Part shown: one piece after another, positions 7,671-14,150 of the stretch
Layout of the letters: the number at the start of each line of letters is the position of its first letter
Position numbering within the stretch: the stretch's first letter is position 1
Translations under genes and position numbers: made by a program
NCBI GenBank assembly: GCA_036338595.1
Contig: JAYZBV010000047.1
Coordinates: forward strand, 1-14,150
DNA: 14,150 bases
Source: Planctomycetota bacterium
GTDB lineage: Bacteria > Planctomycetota > UBA8108 > UBA1146
Direction of reading: 5' to 3'
Notes under the pieces: model-generated
Database searches by the model: none
Told to the model about the DNA's origin: nothing
The model's input: the letters and a program-made list of their open reading frames with translations, nothing else

Positions 7671-8435
7671 AGCGCTCCACTCTCCACCTGCTATCCGGGC
7701 TGGAAGCGCCAGGCACTCACTGGAGCCCTGGTTCACTTGCGCCGGATCTGTTCGTGCTCCTGGCAGCGCCGCAGCCGATACATGGCGGTCTGGGGAAACC
7801 GCACGGCGACCGATGCAACAGGAGCAATAGTAAACACCCCCCCCAGACGAATAGATGACAAACACATCGGGTGGTCACCCGAAGCGAGCATCACATCTTC
7901 TCCAGTCAATCAATACGATCCTATTCATAGAGTGGAGATGGGACAAGGTACAGCCGCATATATCCGCACCATGATTGCATACATTACACGAATAGGAGAA
8001 GAGTCAGATGAGTCAGGTGCATCCCCTTCGGCGATGCCAGTATTCGACGATAATCGTGCAAATGCAGCAGATCAGGGAAATGATACTGATGTGGAGGTTG
8101 TCAACATGTCTAGTGTGTACTTCTTGTAACACTAATCAAATCAGTACCAATTTTGTGAGTAGAGCATTGTCTGTGAAGCCTCCTGTGGCTAGGATTCTGT
8201 CTGGGCATGATTCTTTTGTATGCTGTTCGTATGCATTTCAAATGGGGCGGGTGCTCACCTGGCGGGTTTGACCGTCTGGTACTTATCAGAGATGGCTCTG
8301 AGGCCATCTGTCGGAGGTGTTCATTCCCGGTTTGCTCGACCGGGTCCAGAGAACTGGGATGGAAATTTCGATATGACGAATAACCAAAGTCGTCGTCAGG
8401 CAACTGATGACACCGATGGAGGGAGAATCTGCGCG
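7671..8435. promoter_or_regulatory. Divergent promoter/regulatory region between the oxidase-SCO unit and the paralog pair
   Basis: ~765 bp between divergent starts, visibly more AT-rich than the flanking genes (e.g. 8100-8240). Contains a perfect TTGACA on the minus strand (8099-8104), palindromes GTTGTCAAC (8097-8105) and ACGATAATCGT (8047-8057), and an imperfect inverted repeat at 8111-8134. Exact promoters cannot be assigned. Confidence 0.6.
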
Positions 8436-10874
8436 ATGGTCACCCAACAGATCTACCGCAAGGTCTTACTTGCAATCATTGTTCTACTGATGCCTGCATT
8501 CGTAGCAGCACAGCAAAATGGCGTCGGAGAAGCTACCGAGGGAATCACCGGGGCTGCGGTCTCGGGAGAGATCGAGTTCATCTCGGTCGATGATCCTAAC
8601 GACCCCTACTCTGCCGGAACCCTGGTCGTTGCGGGGCAGGCCTGGATCATTCCAGCCAACCTCCTGATCGACCTGCCTGCCAACCGCCTGACGCTTCAGC
8701 AAATCATTGAACAGTCACCACCCGAGGCGCTCGCGCTGGGTGAGACTGGACTCGCGAAGGGAGACAGCACCGTTCGCGGACGAGGTGGAGCGATAGCCGA
8801 CATGCTCGGCAACCAGATGGCCGACGGCCGCAACATCGCAGGACTTGTCTTCATCCAGAAGAGTTCAGACTTCCTCACCGGAGATGTCACCTTCATCCAC
8901 CACACTGAGGGATATGTTTGCATCAATGGAGAAATGGGCGTCGACGGCACCGGAACGATGGTCAGGATCAACGATATAGACGCAGTCCATACGATCCAGT
9001 CCGGTCTCGGTTGTACCGATGGCATGCCCAACTGCAGTCCAGATCTTCGCTTTGGAAATGATCCCGAGAACTACACCGTTGTGTTCTCCAACGGATACCC
9101 GATGTGTATCCCCAGTACCGTCACCGGAGGTGCCCGCACCAGCGGATCCGACGCAAACGGTGAAGGCGATGAGTTCTGTCCCAATTACAACCGGGAAGGC
9201 CCGGTGCGCGGTAATGGAACCGAAGCGGAAGATTCTCGCTTCCAGGCTCCCTTGCAACTCGGAGACAATATTTCCGCAGAGGGAAATGTCGAGAACATCA
9301 ACGGTCAGAGCTTCTTCTCTTGCCACAGCATGGCCAATGGCAAGGCGATCACGACTCGTGACGATCCGACACAGCCCGCTTACCTGATGGCGGATGAGGT
9401 CGAATGGGATGCGCCAGGATTCTCCAATGAGCGCGTCAAGGTGCTGCTGATCGGATTCTCTACTCTCGATAGTTCACAGGTCGATATGTACGCAATGGAT
9501 GTCGATCCTGAGACCAACGAGAACCACCAGCGCTTGATCGGAAGTACCCGCAACAACCCGAATACGGTCGGCCATGGTATCGGTCAGGGACGCATGGGTG
9601 TCTTCAAGGTCACCTACGATGTCGACTTCCTCAAGGGAGCTCCCGTCGGTCCTCGCAATTCACCATGCACCCACCTGAACGCTTCCGGCTACGATGTTTG
9701 CCCGCAGGGCGGAACCATCAATGAGGAGTTCTCACTGCTGACTCCGATCACGCGGGAGTGTCTGTTCGTGTCCGTGCATGCCTCGGAACTCGATCCTGGT
9801 ATCGAGGCCTACAACATCCAGGGGGATGCCTGGACCCACGACCAGTACCTCACTCCGGCCGGCACCGGGTTCCCCGAATGGGACGAGATCGATCTCAATC
9901 GCATGTGGATGCCGATGATCTTCGCCGGTGAAAACTGGCATCTGGATCGTCGCCTAGGCCCTGGTGGCTGCTGGGATGACAACGATGACGGAGTGGTCGA
10001 TTGTGAGGATAACTCGGCGATTCCCATCGGAGACCTGCACCTCGATCCCTTCCCCTACTCTGGCATCAACCCGATGGTTGGCCTCCTGGGTGGTGGAAAT
10101 CTGGAACCCGAGGCTGATGAGGTTGACACCGTGCTCGGAGAGATCTGTGGAAACGGTATCGACGACGATGGCGACCTGGCCATCGACTGTGATGATATCG
10201 AATGCGAGCTGGATGCGGTCTGTGTCGCGCTCGAACAGGCCGGTGGCGAGATCGGTGAAGTGGGCCTCTGTGCCGATGGACTCGATAACGACGACGATGG
10301 GCTGATCGACTGCTTCGATCCGGAATGTTCCGGTTCTGCCGACTGCGTCGGTATTGGAGCCGTGCTCGCATTCACCTTCGTGCCGACCAACATGGAGCGG
10401 ATCTTCGGCTACTACCCCTTCGAGTATGCCGATCTGGATGGCGATCCGACCAACGGAGACGAGACGCTGATCACGATGATTCCCTTCGCCACTCCCGAAG
10501 GAGAGATCACCAGTTACGCAACCGATCTGAAGCCTGCTCCTGGAGTGCCGATCGAACTTCCAGTTCTGATCACCCCCTGTGAGGGCTTCAATGCTGCGCC
10601 TCAGGCAGCGCTACCAGGTGCGACGGGTATCGCAGTGCTCCAGGACACGGCCGTGATCGTTGCTGAATCGGATATGGCGACGGATGCAGATGGGGATCAC
10701 CTCACCATCACATTCGATCCTGGTACTGCAGGCGGAACACTGGCTCTGGTTGGTGGAGATTACGTCTACACGCCGGCGACTGGTTTTGTCGGAAATGAAT
10801 CCTTCACCTTCACTGCGACTGATGCTCATGGCGGTGAGACCACCGGCACCATCAGCTTCGAAGTGACGCAGTGA
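8436..10874 (+). CDS. Secreted protein: unassigned ~520-aa Cys/His-containing domain + acidic Cys/Asp motifs + one C-terminal cadherin/Big_9-like Ig domain (paralog 1)
   Basis: GGAGGGAG (8418-8425) precedes ATG 8436, giving signal peptide MVTQQIYRKVLLAIIVLLMPAFVAA-Q and 812 aa; the ORF-track start at 8220 is probably too far upstream. C-terminus NAAPQA...DADGDHLTI...YVYTPATGFVGNESFTFTATDAHGGETTGTISFEV is a typical bacterial Ig/cadherin-like repeat. Clear homology to the next gene. Confidence 0.88.
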   Translation: MVTQQIYRKVLLAIIVLLMPAFVAAQQNGVGEATEGITGAAVSGEIEFISVDDPNDPYSAGTLVVAGQAWIIPANLLIDLPANRLTLQQIIEQSPPEALALGETGLAKGDSTVRGRGGAIADMLGNQMADGRNIAGLVFIQKSSDFLTGDVTFIHHTEGYVCINGEMGVDGTGTMVRINDIDAVHTIQSGLGCTDGMPNCSPDLRFGNDPENYTVVFSNGYPMCIPSTVTGGARTSGSDANGEGDEFCPNYNREGPVRGNGTEAEDSRFQAPLQLGDNISAEGNVENINGQSFFSCHSMANGKAITTRDDPTQPAYLMADEVEWDAPGFSNERVKVLLIGFSTLDSSQVDMYAMDVDPETNENHQRLIGSTRNNPNTVGHGIGQGRMGVFKVTYDVDFLKGAPVGPRNSPCTHLNASGYDVCPQGGTINEEFSLLTPITRECLFVSVHASELDPGIEAYNIQGDAWTHDQYLTPAGTGFPEWDEIDLNRMWMPMIFAGENWHLDRRLGPGGCWDDNDDGVVDCEDNSAIPIGDLHLDPFPYSGINPMVGLLGGGNLEPEADEVDTVLGEICGNGIDDDGDLAIDCDDIECELDAVCVALEQAGGEIGEVGLCADGLDNDDDGLIDCFDPECSGSADCVGIGAVLAFTFVPTNMERIFGYYPFEYADLDGDPTNGDETLITMIPFATPEGEITSYATDLKPAPGVPIELPVLITPCEGFNAAPQAALPGATGIAVLQDTAVIVAESDMATDADGDHLTITFDPGTAGGTLALVGGDYVYTPATGFVGNESFTFTATDAHGGETTGTISFEVTQ
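10140..10346 (+). repeat. Two C-x-[ND]-G-x-D-[DN]-D-x-D-x-x-x-D-C-x-D-x-E-C acidic cysteine motifs in paralog 1
   Basis: EICGNGIDDDGDLAIDCDDIEC (10140-10205) and CADGLDNDDDGLIDCFDPEC (10269-10328), each followed by a fourth Cys. Resembles the disulfide-bonded Ca/metal-binding CxDGxDNDxDG repeat of extracellular proteins. Confidence 0.75.
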
Positions 10875-10920
10875 GCGCATGAAGATTATTGGCATCTTGG
10901 AAAACAGGAGAGTGGACAAC

Positions 10921-13900
10921 ATGTTCAACCAACTAGATAGAAAGAAGGCTAGGATGACATCTCTCACGAGATCCCTCGCCCTGCTGGTATCGATTGCGAC
11001 AATGTTCGCAGCCGCTCCGGCGCAAGGCCAGGTTTCGGAAAGCCCTCCCCCGACATCACGAGCAGTCGTGGTTCTGGGTGAGATCGAGCACGTCTTTGTC
11101 GACGACATGACCGACATGTTCTCGGCAGGATGGATCATCGCAGATGGTACTGCGGTGAGGGTTCCTGCGAATCTGCTGATCGATCTGCCCGCCAACCGGT
11201 TGACGATCAGGGACCTGATGGCTGGTGCTCCCGCTGACTGTGCCGCAAATGGCGAGTCCGGGCTGGGAAGTACCGATGAGTGCCTGCGCAGCAGGGGCCT
11301 GAATGGTGGTGGCTTGCAGGCGATGTGTAACCGTCAAGAGGATGGATTCATCATCGCGGGCGATATCTTCATCAACAAGTCGATGATCGGAAACGTCGCA
11401 GGGGGAATCATGCCGACGACAGTCGGTGGCTATGTCTCCTATATCGATCACGACCAGGGTTACTTTGTCGTCAACGGCGCGCTGAACCAGAAGCCCTCGG
11501 TAGACGGTGGTACCGACAAGCGAGGCGTCATCGTCAGGTTCAACGACCCCGAAACGCGACAGTCGATTCAGTCTGGCCTCGGTTGTGATCCTGCAAATGG
11601 AACCAACTGCAGTCCCGATCCTCGTTTCTGCACCGATCCCGACAACTACTCGATGACATTTGCGACCGGTTATCCGGTGTGCATTCCCAGTAGCGACACT
11701 TCCGATCCAGCCCGTGATGACGGTGCGGATCCGGCTACTGGAGCGGGTGACGAGTTCTGTCCGATGTGGAACCGTGAGCTTACAGGGCCACGCGAACGAA
11801 CTGTTCCGGACTCCAGGTTCTTCGTGCCGCTGGTCGTGAATGATCCGATCGGTGTCGAGGGTAACTTCGAGGTCGTCAACGGTATCCGCTTCTTCTCCAC
11901 ATACGGTGGAGGTATTGCGTTGGGTCTCAAGACCAGAGACGTACCCGATCAGCCCGACCATATGATCTGGGCAGAGGTGGAGGCCGATTGTCCACCCTTC
12001 GATAACGCCAGGATCAAGTCGCTCTGCATTGCGTTCACGACTCTCGATTCTTCCTGGATCGATATCTACAAGCTCCACAAGGATCCGGTTTCCGGTGAAG
12101 ACATGGAGTACCCATGGGGTTCGACGGTCGGAAACATCGGCACACGGTTCCATGGCATGCCTCCCAACGCTGGTGGCATCGCGAAGGTTGGCTACGATGT
12201 CGACTTCCTGCTCGGTGCCCCCGTGGTGCCGGGACACGGCCCCTGTGGAAACCTCTTGAACGCTGGTTATCTTGTCTGCCCCAATGGCGGCACGATGGCC
12301 GAAGAGGTGGCGTTAAGTGCGCCCATCATGCGCGAAGTCATCGGATATTCGCGTCACCGTCTCGAGTTGAACCCCGGCGTTTTCCCGGTCGATATGCTCG
12401 GTCGCGAGGCGCAACACGGCATGTACATCACGCCTATTGGTGTTGGACATCCGGAATTCGGTGAGATCAATCTCAACAAGGCTGATTTCCCGTTCGTCTT
12501 CGCAGGCATTCCGTGGAACCTTGATCGCCGTCTTGGCGTCGGTGGCTGCGCAGAGATCAATGATGAGCTGGCCTGTGAAGATCCAAATGTGGTTCCTCTG
12601 GGATCTCTGGCGTTGGATCCGTTCCCGGCCTCCGGCGATCCTGACTGGGTACAGCACTCCATCAACAACGGAGTTCCTCCCTTCACGGCGGAAATACTGT
12701 ACTCATACCATCCGTTTGGACCCGGCGATGTTCTGGATCCCGAGCCGGATCCGCCAGGAGACAGGACCTTCCCTCCGGTTTCAGATGGCTTGCAAGGGCT
12801 CCTCTGCGATGGGACCAACACAGGCCCGCAGGCAGGTGCCGATAGCCTTGCCGCGATCGAGGACACTGCCTCGGCGATGACCCTGGATGATCTGCTGTTG
12901 AACGATAGTGACCCTGATCTCGACACCCTCGAGGTGTTCATGGTCGAGGGAACCAGCCGAGAAGGGGGAACCGTGACCTCTGCGGGTGCACAGGTGACCT
13001 TCCAGGGGGCCCAGGATTACAACGGTCCCGACGAGTTCTTCTACAGCGTGACCGACGGTCATGGCGGTGTTTCTCGTGGTTCGGTAAGTGTTACCATCAC
13101 TCCCGTAAACGACAACCCGACTGGCCAGATCGACGAGGTCACGATGGCATCCGGTGCAGAGTTCCTCTTCACCGATGCATTGCTGCTTGCTAACGACCAT
13201 GATGTCGACAATGACCCGCTGACCGTCACAGCCATCACAGCAGCGGGAGTTTCCCCGGGAACCATGACCCCGACCGCTTCCGGTTGGTCCTTCCTTCCGG
13301 CGGGTCCTGGCCTGAGTGCATGGAGTTACACCATCGATGACGGAAATGGTGGAACCGCCATCTCCGTCGTTCGATTCTGGGTTGATAACACTGCCCCGGT
13401 GGCGACCGACGATGTGGCTACCATCGACGAGGATCATCAGGCAAATCTGGCGGTCTTGCTCAACGACACCGATGCGGATTTCGATACGCTGTCGGTCACG
13501 AGCGCCACGGATGGCCTGCTCGGCACGGTCGAGATCCTGCCAGGTGGCAATCTGCTCTACACTCCGGAACTGGATGCAAACGGCTCCGATTCCTTCTCAT
13601 ACACCATCACTGATTTGAAGGGTACTGAAGCATCCGCCTCGGTCACCATCACCATCAATCCGATCAACGATGCTCCGCGCGTATCGAACGATTCCGTGAC
13701 GACGCTCGAAGATCATGCTGTTGATATTCATGTGCTGGCCAACGATTACGATCCTGAAGGCGATAACATGACGGTGTCGATTCCGACCGCCGCCGCGTTC
13801 GAAGGATCGGTTCAAGTGCTCGCTGGAGGGGTCCTGCGCTTCACGCCGCTACCCGACTCGGCGCTTGGCCTGACGGCCAACTTCCAATACATCGTCACCG

Positions 13901-14150
13901 ATCCGTTCGGTGCCTTTGACACCGGTGTCGTCGATGTTCTGGTCATTCCAGTCAACGACCAGCCAGTGACGGGTATCGATACAGTGGTGATGCTTGAGGA
14001 CACAACGACAACATTGAATGTGCTTCTCAACGATTTCGATGTGGACAACGATCAGCTCAGGGTCATCGCCCTGGAGCCGCAGGCTGGATTCCCCGGCACG
14101 GTCACATGGGATATGAACGGTAATGTCACCATCGACCCGGATCCGGATGC
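10921..14150 (+). CDS. Secreted protein: same unassigned Cys/His-containing domain + at least 5 tandem cadherin/Big_9-like Ig repeats (paralog 2; 3' truncated by window edge)
   Basis: Manual translation of frame +1 is open from ATG 10921 (AGGAG at 10906-10910; alternative in-frame ATGs at 10879 and 10954) to the window end, >1076 aa: MFNQLDRKKARMTSLTRSLALLVSIATMFAAAPAQG-QVSE...GEIEHVFVDD...VPANLLIDLPANRLT...IQSGLGCDPANGTNCSPDPRF...GYPVCIPS...GDEFCP...YDVDFLLGAPV...WNLDRRLGVGGC...LDPFP. Absent from the ORF track because no stop is in the window. Confidence 0.92.
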   Translation, partial: MFNQLDRKKARMTSLTRSLALLVSIATMFAAAPAQGQVSESPPPTSRAVVVLGEIEHVFVDDMTDMFSAGWIIADGTAVRVPANLLIDLPANRLTIRDLMAGAPADCAANGESGLGSTDECLRSRGLNGGGLQAMCNRQEDGFIIAGDIFINKSMIGNVAGGIMPTTVGGYVSYIDHDQGYFVVNGALNQKPSVDGGTDKRGVIVRFNDPETRQSIQSGLGCDPANGTNCSPDPRFCTDPDNYSMTFATGYPVCIPSSDTSDPARDDGADPATGAGDEFCPMWNRELTGPRERTVPDSRFFVPLVVNDPIGVEGNFEVVNGIRFFSTYGGGIALGLKTRDVPDQPDHMIWAEVEADCPPFDNARIKSLCIAFTTLDSSWIDIYKLHKDPVSGEDMEYPWGSTVGNIGTRFHGMPPNAGGIAKVGYDVDFLLGAPVVPGHGPCGNLLNAGYLVCPNGGTMAEEVALSAPIMREVIGYSRHRLELNPGVFPVDMLGREAQHGMYITPIGVGHPEFGEINLNKADFPFVFAGIPWNLDRRLGVGGCAEINDELACEDPNVVPLGSLALDPFPASGDPDWVQHSINNGVPPFTAEILYSYHPFGPGDVLDPEPDPPGDRTFPPVSDGLQGLLCDGTNTGPQAGADSLAAIEDTASAMTLDDLLLNDSDPDLDTLEVFMVEGTSREGGTVTSAGAQVTFQGAQDYNGPDEFFYSVTDGHGGVSRGSVSVTITPVNDNPTGQIDEVTMASGAEFLFTDALLLANDHDVDNDPLTVTAITAAGVSPGTMTPTASGWSFLPAGPGLSAWSYTIDDGNGGTAISVVRFWVDNTAPVATDDVATIDEDHQANLAVLLNDTDADFDTLSVTSATDGLLGTVEILPGGNLLYTPELDANGSDSFSYTITDLKGTEASASVTITINPINDAPRVSNDSVTTLEDHAVDIHVLANDYDPEGDNMTVSIPTAAAFEGSVQVLAGGVLRFTPLPDSALGLTANFQYIVTDPFGAFDTGVVDVLVIPVNDQPVTGIDTVVMLEDTTTTLNVLLNDFDVDNDQLRVIALEPQAGFPGTVTWDMNGNVTIDPDPD
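12817..14150 (+). repeat. Tandem ~93-97 aa cadherin-like/Big_9 (tandem-95) Ig repeats
   Basis: Repeat starts NTGPQA (12817), NDNPTG (13108), NTAPVA (13387), NDAPRV (13666), NDQPVT (13954). Each contains L-[LA]-N-D-x-D-x-[DE]-x-D-x-[LM], and the four complete ones end with a Y-x-[VI]-[TD]-D-x-x-G motif. Confidence 0.9.

Noticed and set aside
7671..7865. 65-aa N-terminal extension of the oxidase given by the ORF track (includes CSCC and GRRAV)
   Set aside because: It would bury a clear signal peptide; a good RBS sits right before GTG 7670/TTG 7667; the RR is not followed by a hydrophobic Tat core.
7964..7979. Sigma-54-like sequence CCGCAC-N5-TTGCA
   Set aside because: Spacing is right but the invariant -24 GG is CG, so it cannot be supported as an RpoN promoter.
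7737..8403. Small ORFs in the intergenic region (7737-8129, 8008-8271, 8110-8403) as possible MnxE/MnxF-like accessory genes
   Set aside because: No signal peptides or motifs, atypical AT-rich codon usage and mutual overlap; more consistent with non-coding regulatory DNA.
8220..8435. Upstream extension of paralog 1 (ORF-track start 8220; ATG 8373)
   Set aside because: Signal peptide and RBS fit ATG 8436, and the extension has no counterpart in paralog 2.
10611..14048. Minus-strand and off-frame ORFs (10611-11195, 11056-12237, 12354-12941, 12781-13437 etc.)
   Set aside because: Shadows of the real plus-strand frame +1 gene starting at 10921, whose translation is clearly homologous to paralog 1.
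1..14150. CRISPR array, tRNA/rRNA, transposase/integrase, CxxCH heme motifs
   Set aside because: None seen by eye; the repeats present are diverged protein-level repeats, not DNA-level arrays.

Overview
GC-rich bacterial window, probably from a Planctomycetota-like organism (inferred only from the style of a C-terminal dockerin-like domain). It holds what looks like a secreted or surface-displayed copper/manganese oxidation locus. On the minus strand, a ~1990-aa MnxG-type multicopper oxidase has all canonical Cu ligands in permuted motif order, a Sec-type signal, four FN3-like domains and a terminal dockerin-like module. It is followed by a secreted tandem (two-domain) SCO/SenC copper chaperone with an acidic triple Cys-Cys N-terminal linker. 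Divergently, across a ~765-bp intergenic region, lie two tandem paralogous secreted proteins sharing a ~520-aa Cys/His-containing domain I cannot assign, mounted on cadherin/Big_9-like Ig repeats. The second paralog (10921 to >14150) runs off the window and is missing from the ORF track. The 3' end of an ankyrin-repeat gene is at the left edge. No RNA genes, CRISPR arrays or mobile elements were seen.
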